Shown here: positions 40,901-50,200 of the stretch, piece after piece
Layout of the letters: every line of letters begins with the position of its first letter
How positions within the stretch are numbered: the first letter of the stretch is position 1
Assembly (NCBI GenBank): GCA_963771075.1
Contig: CAVYSE010000003.1
Location: 192,001-256,000 of the forward strand
DNA from: a candidate division FCPU426 bacterium
GTDB taxonomy: Bacteria; Oederibacteriota; Muellerivitia; Muellerivitales; Muellerivitaceae
Reading direction: 5' to 3'
Length of the DNA: 64,000 nt
The notes under the pieces: model-generated
Told to the model about the DNA's origin: nothing
The model's input: only the letters and a program-made list of their open reading frames with translations
Databases searched by the model: none
Program-made: the position numbers and the translations under genes

Positions 40901-41662
40901 GCCGCCCTCGAGAACCTGCCCACCCGTTTCCAGGTCATGAACCTCGCTCTGCAGAACGGGGATGACCAGCCTCCCTACTATTACCCCGCATTCCTGGCGC
41001 CCAAACTGGCCCAAAAATACGATGTGGACGAGATCTTGCTTTGCCTCAACGCCGAGATCAACGAATCCAACTTGGCCCCATTTCACCAAAGACCCCTGGG
41101 AAATGATGAAGTGCCCCTTTGGGAAAAAGACGCCGAATTTTTGCTGGAACCCTTTGAAAAACGCGTCCCGAAAGGAAGGATCGGCGAATTTCTAAAGCGG
41201 CATTTGAGCTATTACGGGCAGAAACCCTACGTCGACATGCATTACGCACAGGTGGTCCAGGACCCGAAGGATCGGGAAGAAGTGGCCTATATGTTCAGCC
41301 GGCCAGTGCTCAAACTTAAAAAAGAATTGGAGAAGATAAAAACCAGGTCGGGAGAGCCGGTGAAGGTGCGCCTTTGCTATTTCCCCACGGGGCCGAACGG
41401 GTTAAAAACCCAGGTGGAACCCTACCGAAGTCTTTGGAAAAGCGTGGCCGACCAGGCGGGGGTATCCTTCGCGGACTTGACCGAACCCTTTTTGGCCCTG
41501 CGGCCCGATTATTTCCCCGTGGCGGAAATATGCGGAGCTTCCCATCCCACGACCGGCGGATACGTGTTCAAGGCCCTGTTACTTTCCGATTGGCTTATCC
41601 GGGAAAAATGGATCCCCTTTGAACCCATCGAAACAGGGAAGAAAAACCAAACAAGCCCCTAA
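37946..41662 (+). CDS. Secreted protein with two tandem modules, each an NHL-repeat beta-propeller plus an SGNH-like domain
   Basis: Signal peptide; G..DG...A.F..P.GLA...DG..L[FY]VAD..N.RIR occurs twice; K.PGT[FY]R.[LM] twice; GDS and H motif only in module 2. Confidence 0.75.
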   Translation: MNPVKPFLLMASLAMTPISLWALSPMHAFYDLVVGQGVTGFADGAFTEACFQYPCGLALNGDGTRLFVADEGNNRIRLVLLNQGNAVTTLAGTGEKMDRDGPLASAAFNDPRLVVWIPSNQLIVYEGAGSRLRRVDLSGGQVQTLLQPQAPELGGVTLVDCNAMVYDPSTQDLYLSQPDQNLLWKIDLAGPSLSVTHFKTPAPLLSPDCLCLYRGHLYASDQSSSKVFQVDFLPKPRHARTLKVTPFAQGSKVQALAANGNDLVALQDDPKPIVCLNSGRAVISPMIWDQPVYYSAGWVFAKPSDWFSTSTSPCLIPDTPHPGQYFLAEFDRNEIIHFRDVEYQDLSAENTEAQPGLMPYGHSMEKTPGTFRVLLVADHRFHEPLSVNSTTGQLPGRSLSAPPPDPTKPQPTSVPYPDVIPDDFSATSAFPLFSLAMRAELSLNTRAALKDDPLSYEVLALDPATFDPAQLSELISKYHVDLVLAVESSSQTPVPSEEWLSQAWAGLKASPGCRMVVSFFPGTGAVADSGAERDETFWANACANQGIPLLDLTASWTALRASFFPVSPAPGEKLNIKGLFLLGWLLSREIAAHQGFSHTEAGISEPLPGPMRQFLDLAAGEGPPGYRDGAFPSALLDGPGGLAMGKDGTTLYVADRKNHRIRTVRLNENNRMDTLAGSGDPVELDGTFPEASFADPALIEDLPDGLVVLEGLSGHLRFLDLKSRKVSTWKVREKGEPLPPDRLAGVYSLCYVPRDHCLYLTQPLQGLLEKISLDDLELKVVLKKNNQAPLPKALCLYQGSLCLSDRQGSQVFKYNPEANPASALVTVGKCDVCTALAASKDRLYGISGENPNWVRVAPPQTDLPISPWFYGFQAVNYNFPIFEGSLREEDPAPGLVADPRDDKRLLLASPGLNQILSLRDYDFHEYLDPYNSTPDGISDFDYPSTKPPGTYRLMICGDSHIYRNDSGTCHMDAMAKRLEIQLNTEAALENLPTRFQVMNLALQNGDDQPPYYYPAFLAPKLAQKYDVDEILLCLNAEINESNLAPFHQRPLGNDEVPLWEKDAEFLLEPFEKRVPKGRIGEFLKRHLSYYGQKPYVDMHYAQVVQDPKDREEVAYMFSRPVLKLKKELEKIKTRSGEPVKVRLCYFPTGPNGLKTQVEPYRSLWKSVADQAGVSFADLTEPFLALRPDYFPVAEICGASHPTTGGYVFKALLLSDWLIREKWIPFEPIETGKKNQTSP

Positions 41663-42216
41663 AAGGAATTTTTAACCAGCCGGCTGATTTCCTTGAATTC
41701 GGTGGTTCCCGCCCGTTCGGTCCACTCGAAAAGTGCGGCTTCGGCGGTGGTGAGGACAACCCCGGCCCTTTCCATTCGTTTGAGGCCCCATTCACCGTCC
41801 ACCGAATTACGGGTTCCCATGGCGTCCACCGCCCCATAAACCTCAAAACCCATGGCGATCAGGTCCAGGGCGGTTTGCATGACGCAAACATGGGTTTCAA
41901 TACCCGCTAATAGCACCTTTTTGATCTTGCGGTCTTGGAAAAAAACGCCGACCGGGTCCAATGAGGCACAGCTGAAATCCAGCTTTTCGAGAGGTGGCTC
42001 CAATTTTGCGAGAAGATCGGGATGGGTCTTGCCCAAACCCTTGGGATATTGCTCAGTAGCCAATACTGGAATTCCCAGGACTTTTGCCCCCTCCACTAAT
42101 AGGGTTGTCCGCCCGACAATCTTTTCAAAACCGGGAATGACCGCCAGCAGTTTTTCCTGCAGGTCGATCACGAGAAGCCCCGTATCGGTACGGTTCATTA
42201 ATCGGTCGCTTCGCAT
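41659..42216 (-). CDS. Isochorismatase-family hydrolase
   Basis: LLVIDLQEKL, TEQYPKGLGKT, K..FSC, GIETHVCV.QTALDL. Confidence 0.92.
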   Translation of the reverse strand: MRSDRLMNRTDTGLLVIDLQEKLLAVIPGFEKIVGRTTLLVEGAKVLGIPVLATEQYPKGLGKTHPDLLAKLEPPLEKLDFSCASLDPVGVFFQDRKIKKVLLAGIETHVCVMQTALDLIAMGFEVYGAVDAMGTRNSVDGEWGLKRMERAGVVLTTAEAALFEWTERAGTTEFKEISRLVKNSF

Positions 42217-42252
42217 ATGAATCCCTTTCTTGAACAACCACATACCGACCGT

Positions 42253-43029
42253 TTATTTCTTGAAGGCTACCGCCAGGGGTTGAAGATAACCCGTTTCATT
42301 GGGCATAAGCCACCGTATATCCCGAAAACCCGTACGTTTCATCAGGCGGGTTGTTTCCAGGCGGCTCAAGGCCCGGTAATAGGCCTCATGGACTTCGGTC
42401 TTCCAAACACCCTTGAGCCGCCGAACCAAAAACAATTGCATTTTGTAAACATTGGACCCTTTTTTCCAATCCCAGGCCTGGAAATAGATGCGTTCCCCCA
42501 ATCGGTCCCTGTAAACCGCGGGCTTTCTTGGAGCCATGGGCCGTTCTTTTAAAATTAGATCGTAATCCCGGATGCCGAGTAAGAACATACCCCTTGGTTT
42601 TACCTTCGAATATATATTTTTCAAACCCAGAAGTAGATCCCGGTCGGTCAGAAGATGAGGAAGGGCGTTTTCACAAGAGATCACAACATCGAATTGGCCT
42701 TGGACCCGGGTAGTTAAATTCCGGAAGTCGGCCACGCCAAAGGTGATCTTGACACCCATATGCTTTGCCCATTTCCGGGCTTGCTGGACCGCTTTGGGAC
42801 TCAGGTCAGTGGCGTGAACATCATAAGCACGGCGGGCAAGCCCTAGGGCCTGGGTGCCGATGCCACAGGAACAATCCAAAAGGGAGAGCTTTTTTGAAGT
42901 GGGGTGGAACCGGCGGATAACCTTATTTAAAACCACACCCTGATGGGGCACTTCCCTAGCGAAATCTTGAAACATCAAACGGTAATGGGGTGCCAAATCA
43001 TCGTAAAATTTCAGCGCCGAGCGGTTCAT
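42253..43029 (-). CDS. Class I SAM-dependent methyltransferase
   Basis: FYDDLA..Y, LDCSCGIGTQ, DLSP, ADFR, NALPHL. Confidence 0.9.
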   Translation of the reverse strand: MNRSALKFYDDLAPHYRLMFQDFAREVPHQGVVLNKVIRRFHPTSKKLSLLDCSCGIGTQALGLARRAYDVHATDLSPKAVQQARKWAKHMGVKITFGVADFRNLTTRVQGQFDVVISCENALPHLLTDRDLLLGLKNIYSKVKPRGMFLLGIRDYDLILKERPMAPRKPAVYRDRLGERIYFQAWDWKKGSNVYKMQLFLVRRLKGVWKTEVHEAYYRALSRLETTRLMKRTGFRDIRWLMPNETGYLQPLAVAFKK

Positions 43030-43051
43030 ATCATTCCTCAAGAAGAACATA

Positions 43052-44051
43052 GGGGTCAGGTCTTCATTTTATATTATCTATCCGGGCCTTGAACCTCGTC
43101 TCTCCCTCCATCCTCTTCTTTACCATCGCTATCCGGTTCCCCACGGCCGAATATTTTACACCAAATTTTTCCGCGATCTCTTTCAGGCCTAGGTGCGCTC
43201 TTTTTCGTAGAAGGTACATACCAACGTCCCTCGCCTCGTTGGCCTTGTGGAACTTAGTCGTGATTTCCTTTTCCTCAACCTTATATGCTTTCGAGACCTT
43301 TTGGATAACATCTTCCGCCGTATGTTTCTCGATCCGATGGTGTTTCATCGGTATTTCCGGGTCTTTCTTATCCAACAACCCCTTTAATTTCTCCTTTAGA
43401 CCCTCACCCCCGTAATAAACCCCACCCTCCATCTTTTCCCATGGCGATTCCTTTTTTCGCAACCCTTCCAATACGAACTTCCGATAGGCTCTTTGGGCTT
43501 GCTTGGATTGCCTGCCAAATTGCCCCAATACCCAATCCACCTCAAACCAAGGTTCTTTCTTCTCGATCCCGGCCGTCGCCCGATAGCTGCTCCACTTCCA
43601 TTTCCGGGGATGTTTCACCAACCGCGCTCTTACCGGGTTCAAGACCACATATCGGCACAACTCCAACAAATGGGTTCCCTTTTCCACGTGGATCGCCTTA
43701 TAACGGCCTTGAAAGAGATGCCCTACCCGGTTATTCCGCCGATTGAATTTCTGGGTATAAACACCATTCAGGTGCCGTATGGCCCGTGACAAGTTGGCTT
43801 CCGGCGTCTCCACCAACAAGTGGTAATGATTATCCATCAATACCCAGGCATGGCACATCACATGATGATCCTCCACGACTTGGGCCAATACCCACAAAAA
43901 CAATTCCCGGTCCTTATCCGACCGGACAATGTTTTTCCGCTCGTTCCCCCGCGAGGTAACGTGATAAACAGCGCCTTCATAATGCACTCTTAACGGTCTA
44001 GCCATTTGCGGATCTTATCACAAAGTTAATATAAAATGAAGACCTGACCCC
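43052..44051 (-). mobile_element. 1000-bp element with perfect 25-bp terminal inverted repeats carrying a Y1/HUH transposase
   Basis: GGGGTCAGGTCTTCATTTTATATTA at 43052-43076 and its exact reverse complement at 44027-44051. Confidence 0.85.
43064..44005 (-). CDS. RAYT-like Y1 (HUH) transposase with C-terminal DnaA-C-like HTH
   Basis: YHVTSRGN, LMDNHYHLL (HUH), GHLFQGRYK, RYVVLNPVRA, WSSY; C-terminal ARDVGMYLLR...LKEIAEKFG..YSAV. Confidence 0.9.
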   Translation of the reverse strand: MARPLRVHYEGAVYHVTSRGNERKNIVRSDKDRELFLWVLAQVVEDHHVMCHAWVLMDNHYHLLVETPEANLSRAIRHLNGVYTQKFNRRNNRVGHLFQGRYKAIHVEKGTHLLELCRYVVLNPVRARLVKHPRKWKWSSYRATAGIEKKEPWFEVDWVLGQFGRQSKQAQRAYRKFVLEGLRKKESPWEKMEGGVYYGGEGLKEKLKGLLDKKDPEIPMKHHRIEKHTAEDVIQKVSKAYKVEEKEITTKFHKANEARDVGMYLLRKRAHLGLKEIAEKFGVKYSAVGNRIAMVKKRMEGETRFKARIDNIK

Positions 44052-44097
44052 GTTGTTTACGGGGCGGTGCGGCTGGCGAAGGGCGTTAATTAAGAAA

Positions 44098-44574
44098 CTA
44101 ACGTTCGCAGTCTTGGGGCATCAATTTCCGGCCCTTTGGGAAATCGCACCAACCCTTTTGCTTCGCGTATTCCAATACCATCGGGATGCGTTTTTCGAAC
44201 ATTCTTTTCCAACCGGCCCCCATGACTTTCTTGATGAGGATCCCTTTTAACCCCTTAATGCCATCATGAACCAGGCTCAACCGGGTTCCCTTGCCTTCCT
44301 CTTGGAGGGTCCAGGTAATGATGAATGGGTCTTTCCCCTCGTCATTGCCGCATTGGCTCCAGGACAGTTGATGGGGCTTGTCGATTTCCAAAACGACACA
44401 ACGGGCGATCCCATCCCAACCCATCATGGGTTTCGCCTTGAATTGAAACGGATACCCTTTTTCGGCTTTAAAGTTGTTCTCCATCAGCCATTGGGCTAGG
44501 GACTCGGGATTGGTTAGGGCGGTCCAAACGTGCTCGATGGGGTAGGGATAAAATGATTCCAATTCAATCTTCAT
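44098..44574 (-). CDS. SRPBCC (Aha1-like) domain protein
   Basis: IEHVWTALT.PE.LAQWLM, VLEID.P..LSWS, GTRLSLVH, GW. Confidence 0.88.
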   Translation of the reverse strand: MKIELESFYPYPIEHVWTALTNPESLAQWLMENNFKAEKGYPFQFKAKPMMGWDGIARCVVLEIDKPHQLSWSQCGNDEGKDPFIITWTLQEEGKGTRLSLVHDGIKGLKGILIKKVMGAGWKRMFEKRIPMVLEYAKQKGWCDFPKGRKLMPQDCER

Positions 44575-44659
44575 AGGTTTAAATCCTTCCCCAAAATTCC
44601 AATGCCGCGTACATGACTTCTCTTAATCGGGGCACAAAGGGTCTTTGAATAATACAAAG

Positions 44660-46948
44660 CTAAAACAAAAGGTCCAAATTCAATCCGCCATAGAAACTTT
44701 GGCCCACTCCCGGCTCATAGTAGGCGCCGTTGGTTGCGTTGAAGGCCGCATAGGCCGAGTAAAGCTGGTTCAGCAGGTTCTCGCCTCCGGCGTAAGCGTT
44801 CAGTTTCAGGAAACTTCCCAACGCGTGACGGTAGCCCAGCTTCGCGTTGAGCAATTCATAGGCGTTGTTCCAGACCCTATTGCCGTCGGTGATGGGGTAG
44901 CTGTCGACGAACTGCAAGTTCGTATCGAAATATAAGCCCGGCTCGGTTTCCACCTCCAGCCCCATATTCGCCTGGTTTTCGGGGTTTCCCGTAAGCTGGT
45001 TACCGGAATAATCATTCCCATTGTTCGTGTATTGCGTGAAAACATAATGTTGATAGCTGTAAGCGACCCATGGTTTTAAAAGCGAAAGGAATTGTCCAGG
45101 GGCGTCCACCCAACGCCAGGAGAGGGAGGCCTCCAGGCCCTTGTGGTTGGTTCCCGCCGCGTTGACATATTCCGTGAAATTGGGGGCGATTGTCTGCTGG
45201 ACCAATTCTTGGGTCGCGTCTAGGTCGTATAAAGACACGTCATAATCCAGTTTTTTGTCCAGCCAACGCCCCCGAACCCCTATTTCATACTGGGTTCCCA
45301 ATTCGGGGAGAAGGTTCGTCAAAAGTTCCCCGTTAAATGGGTTTTTCATTTCATCGAAAGTGGGAGGGGAAAAGCCCTGGCTGATATCACCGTAAACCGT
45401 GAAAGCCCCATCCCATACATGGGAAAGGGCCACCCGGAAACAGGTCGTGGGGGCAAAATCCACCTCATTACTGCTGTCGGCGGTCGATAAAAAGAGGATA
45501 TAACTGGTCGTGTTATAGTTCATCCCCGCCGTAAAAAAGGTATTTTTCTCCAGGGTCGCGTCGGCCTCCAGGAAAAGGTTGGCGTGTTTTTCCGTACCCT
45601 GGACCGCGTAACCCAAGGAACCTTTCGTCCCGTCATCGTTATAGTAGTAGTTGTAGGTCGAATATTCGTTCATCAGCTCGCCGCCGCCGGTGAAGCGGGT
45701 CTCAACGTCCCCCAGGTCCGCCTTGAATGACCATTGGGTCCTGCCTCCGGCATTCTGCATGGTTTTATAGAGATAGGCGGGTGTGGTTTCGGTGTCGGCA
45801 AAAGCCCGGTCCAGGGTAAAGGACGAGGCGTAAAGGCTGGTCTCATTTTCCCATTGCTCGTTGAAAACATAATGGTTCGAAAGGCCGAAACGGGTCCAGA
45901 GCTCATTATGGTGGAGGTTGAAAAGGCTGTCCGCGGCGTTTCCCGCCAGGGGGTTGGCCGTGAATGCGGCCAGGGTTTCCGCGGTGGCGATCTGGGCCTG
46001 TTCGTCGGTTTGGTTGGCCAGGACCGTCAGGGTTTCCTTGTCGGTGGGATAAAAGGTGCCGAGCGCCGTGGCGAAATGGTGGTAATCGTCCGTATGGTTG
46101 ACATAGCCGTTGAACCATTGGCTGCCGTAGTTTAAGAGGATGGCGGCGTTGCCCAGATCCGCCTTGACCGACTCCTCGGCACGGTAAAGCCCATAGGAGC
46201 CGGCAAGGCCCGAGGATTCCAGAATGGTCTCACCGGCCGGGGGCCGGAGAGTGTTGAAAAGCACATCCCCTCCCACTCCAGCGCCGTAAAGGCTGGAATC
46301 GGGCCCCTTGATCACTTGGGCCTCCCCTAATATGTCCAGGTCTAATCCTTCCAACCGGGCGAAACCGTCCGCCTCGTTCAGCGGGATATTGTCCACATAG
46401 ATACCCACGTTCCGGATGCCGTAGCTCGACCTCAAGCCTTCGCCCCGGAGGGAAATACGGGAATCGACCATGAAAGCCTGATCCACCCTTACGCCCGCCA
46501 CGGTGTTCAGGACCGGGGCCAAGTTGACCCGATCTCCAGAGTCCAAGTTTTTTTCGGTGAGGAGGGAAAGATTACCGGGAGTCTCCAAGAGTTTTTGATC
46601 CATCCCATAAGCCCGGACAACCACCTCGGGAAGGGTGAGGCTGGAGGGTTTGAGGGTTAGGGTCTTATCCCCGAACCACCCCTGAACCGGGACCTCCAAA
46701 ACTTGGTACCCTTCCAGTGAAAATAGGACAACCGGCGTTTGCGCGTCCGCCTGGATCTGAAACCGGCCGTCCTTGCCGGTTTGGGCGGTTTGCGCGCCGC
46801 TCACCACCGTTACCCCAGGCAAGGATGTTTGTAGGTAGGAATCGATCACCCTGCCCGAGAGGATGGTTTGGGAAAAAGCGGGAAAAACGAACGGGGTCCT
46901 GATCATCAAAATGAAAATACAAAACAAAAACTTTATCTTGAGCCCCAT
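44660..46948 (-). CDS. TonB-dependent receptor with N-terminal carboxypeptidase-regulatory-like domain
   Basis: LSGRVID...LPGVTV, LPEVVV, plug motifs ISLRG, VIKGP.SSLYG, L.PE.G..YEIG.R, ENLLN..Y, terminal F. Confidence 0.93.
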   Translation of the reverse strand: MGLKIKFLFCIFILMIRTPFVFPAFSQTILSGRVIDSYLQTSLPGVTVVSGAQTAQTGKDGRFQIQADAQTPVVLFSLEGYQVLEVPVQGWFGDKTLTLKPSSLTLPEVVVRAYGMDQKLLETPGNLSLLTEKNLDSGDRVNLAPVLNTVAGVRVDQAFMVDSRISLRGEGLRSSYGIRNVGIYVDNIPLNEADGFARLEGLDLDILGEAQVIKGPDSSLYGAGVGGDVLFNTLRPPAGETILESSGLAGSYGLYRAEESVKADLGNAAILLNYGSQWFNGYVNHTDDYHHFATALGTFYPTDKETLTVLANQTDEQAQIATAETLAAFTANPLAGNAADSLFNLHHNELWTRFGLSNHYVFNEQWENETSLYASSFTLDRAFADTETTPAYLYKTMQNAGGRTQWSFKADLGDVETRFTGGGELMNEYSTYNYYYNDDGTKGSLGYAVQGTEKHANLFLEADATLEKNTFFTAGMNYNTTSYILFLSTADSSNEVDFAPTTCFRVALSHVWDGAFTVYGDISQGFSPPTFDEMKNPFNGELLTNLLPELGTQYEIGVRGRWLDKKLDYDVSLYDLDATQELVQQTIAPNFTEYVNAAGTNHKGLEASLSWRWVDAPGQFLSLLKPWVAYSYQHYVFTQYTNNGNDYSGNQLTGNPENQANMGLEVETEPGLYFDTNLQFVDSYPITDGNRVWNNAYELLNAKLGYRHALGSFLKLNAYAGGENLLNQLYSAYAAFNATNGAYYEPGVGQSFYGGLNLDLLF

Positions 46949-46981
46949 TCGACGCCTCCCCTGATCAGGAAATATAAGAGA

Positions 46982-47164
46982 TCAGCTTGGCTTCTTCTTA
47001 TAAACGTTCAAGCCCACCTTCTCGTCCCTTTCGGGCACCGTCACGTTTCCTTCGGTTGAGGCCACGATAATGGTCTTGCCGCTGGAGGAGGGGCCATATT
47101 CCTTCGATAGGTCCACCTTGATGGTCAGGATGTTCCCTTCCACCTTCATATCGACATTCTTCAA
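46982..47164 (-). CDS. Small conserved hypothetical protein (60 aa)
   Basis: KNV.MKVEGNILTIKVDLSKEYGPSSSGKTIIVASTEGN...GLNVY; TTG start after GGAGGTG. Confidence 0.75.
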   Translation of the reverse strand: MKNVDMKVEGNILTIKVDLSKEYGPSSSGKTIIVASTEGNVTVPERDEKVGLNVYKKKPS

Positions 47165-47265
47165 AACGCACCTCCTCGTATTCGGGTAACCGCAAATGGG
47201 GACTATTAAACAACGCAGGGGGTAGGGTTTCCATTCAAACCCCCTTCCCCAAGGAAAGGGCTGAA

Positions 47266-50200
47266 CTAACGCAGAATCAACAACTTCAAGACCCACCGCT
47301 TCCCATTTGCCGTGACGACCAGGTAATAAAGGCCGTTGGAGAGGGGTTTCCCATCCGAGGCCGTCATGGGAACGGTTAGGACGGAACTTCCGGCTGGAAC
47401 GGAAGGTACCGTTTCATCCCCGACCTTCCGGAAGGATAGGGTGAAAACCTGGATTCGGACACTGCCAGCCGAGGCCAGGAATACTCGAAGGTTCACGGTC
47501 GAACCCACCACCGGATTGGGATAGATCACGGGCTGGGGCAACGCACCCGAAACAGTCGGTACGAAGGTGGCGGTGATGGTCACAGTTAAGACCGGAGTTG
47601 GAACGGCGGTCGGAACCAGCGTTGGCGTGAAGGTATGGGTGGGGGGTATGGGGGTGGAAGTCGCGACCGGGGTGAAGACGGGGGTGGGAGTAATCGTAAC
47701 CGTGGAAGTGAAGACCAAGGTCGAAACTGGCGTAAGGGTTTGGGTAGAAGTGGAAGTGGCCGCCGGAATCATCGTCGAAGTCCGCGAAGGAGTAACGGTG
47801 GATTGGACCATCGTCCAGGTGGGGCTTACCGTGTCCGTTAGGGTGGGCAGGGCCGTTTCGGTGGAGGATGGAGACGGACTGGAGGTCAGTGTGGGCGAGG
47901 GCGTCAAGCTGGGGACCGGGGTAGCGGTCGTCGTGGCGGAGGGAGTGGCACTAGCCGTAAAAACTGGCGTTTTGCTAAAGGTCCAGGTCAGGGTTGGGAC
48001 AGTCGTTAGGGTGGGCAAGGTCGTATCAGTGGAGGATGGAGACGGACTGGAGGTCAACGTGGGAACGGTGGTGCTCGTTGGCGTGGAACTAGATGGCAGC
48101 GTGGGCGAGGGCGTTAAGCTGGGGATTGGGGTAGCCGTCGTCGTGGCGGAGGGAGTGGCACTGGCCGTAAAAACTTGCGTTTTGCTAAAGGTCCAGGTCA
48201 GCGTGGGGAGAATTGTTTGGGTGGGCGTGACCGTGGAGGTAAAGGTGGAGGAATAAGTGGGGGTGGGCGAGGGAGTTGGTGTGGATGGGAGGATCGCCGT
48301 TTCCGTAGGACTGTTGGTGACCGTGGGAGTGGAGGTGGTGGGTGGGACAGGACTGTTCGTTTGAGTCGGCACAATTGTCAATGAGGAGGTGGATGTGGGT
48401 GTGTCGCTGGGCAGGGAAGTTTTGGTCGAGGTCGCGGTTGGACTCAAGGTGGTTGTATAGGTGGGGGTCATTGTGTTTGTGGGTGAAGCCGTCGCGCTAA
48501 ATGTGGAAGTTCCCGTTTGGGTCCAGACAGGGGTTCGGGTGGCCGTTTGGGTTGAGGTAGCGGTGGAAGTCGGGACGGAAGTGGATGTGCCAGTCGCCGT
48601 GTGAGTGGGGCTCATAGAAGGAGTGGGGGATGGGGACAAGGTCGGGACCGCGCTCGCCGTGGAGGTTAGGGTGGGAGTTGAGTTTTTGGTCGCCGTCCAA
48701 GTGGGGATGGGGGTCTGGGTATAAGAAACTGTCGGCGTGTTGGTCCCCGTAGCGGTACGGGTCGGACTGGAGGTAACCGTCCAGGTCAATGTAATCGTGA
48801 ATGGAACGGTGGCGGTTTGGGTCAGGGAGGGGGTTGGACTGAGCGTGACAGTAGGGGTAAAGGATGTTGTCCGGGAGGGTGTCCCGGTAAGGGTGAAGGT
48901 TCCCGTTAGGGTCGGCGTTCCGGTGCGGGTGCGGGTCACCGATGGGGAAAGGGTCTGGGTGGAAGTTGCCGCCGGACTGCCCGTGGGAGTGGGGCTCGCG
49001 CCGGCGATGAGCCCATAAACCACCAGGCTGTTGGCGGTGGGAACGTAAACCTTCCCATTGACGACACTCGGCGGGGCAAACTTGACGTTGGCGGCCACGG
49101 CCGAGTCACGGGTGGAGTTTTGCCCGCTGTTGTAAAGAACGGTGGCCAGATTGGTGGCGTCGTAGGCATAAAGGACCACGGGAGTACCCGGATCGAGGGC
49201 CCAAACAATGCCGTTGGTGGTTCCGTTGGATGAGACGCTCGGGACACAGCCGGTTGAAAAGGACCCCGACGCGCCATAGCTGGCCGCGGACTGGGAAGAA
49301 GGGGTCGTTACGTATTGGCCGTTGGCGAAGGTGAAGGCTTTCAGGGCCGCGCCCGACATGCCCCAATAGACCCAATCGGTGGTGCCGTTGCTGTAGAGGG
49401 CGGGGGTGGTATAACCCTTTCCGCCGATAGCGGGCACGGTCTGGATAATATTGTTGGCGGTCGCGCTGAACTCGCCCATTTTGCCGGTGTCCGCGTCCAC
49501 CACATAAAGATCGCTGGGCTTGTCCGCGCCGATCATGATGTTGGGGTGGGCGGATGTACCCCAGGAAGCGGGAAGCAGGCATTGGCCCGCTGATCCGACG
49601 TCCTGGTCTCCGCTGCTCATGGAGGCCTGGCTCATGGGAGCGAAATAATCGAGCGCCGTCACGGCGTTCCCTACGGTATTAAGCTTGAGAAAGCACTGCC
49701 CATAGTCCGAAACCGGGCCCGTTTGATCGAAAGTACCATTGGCCGAAAGAAAGTAAAGGTTTCCGGAGGAATCCACCGAGGGGCCGTCCCCCGATTCCCA
49801 GAAAGAGGACTCGCTTCCATTGGGAGCAGAATTAAATACGGAAACCTGTTGGGTGATGTTGGAAGCGTTGTAGCCGATGACCCATCCGTAATAGTTTCCC
49901 GCAATGGTGTCGCTATCGCAGTGGCCGGTCCAACTGGTATAAACCACCCCGCTGACCAAGGCCAGGGCGCACCTTTCCTTGTAGGCACGGGGCCGGAATG
50001 TGACCGTGCTGCCGCCATCGCCCGTTCCCGGCACGGAGCCCCCGATGGTCTGGGGACCGTTGAACTTCTCCAACCCCGAGGTAATATCCAGCGCGTGAAG
50101 AGTCTGGGAATAGGTCGTGACCCCCGCGGAAACGGTCTTGGTCATCGCCACGAAATAGAGGGTACCAGTGGAAGGGTCGATGACGGGAGTGTCGGTGATG

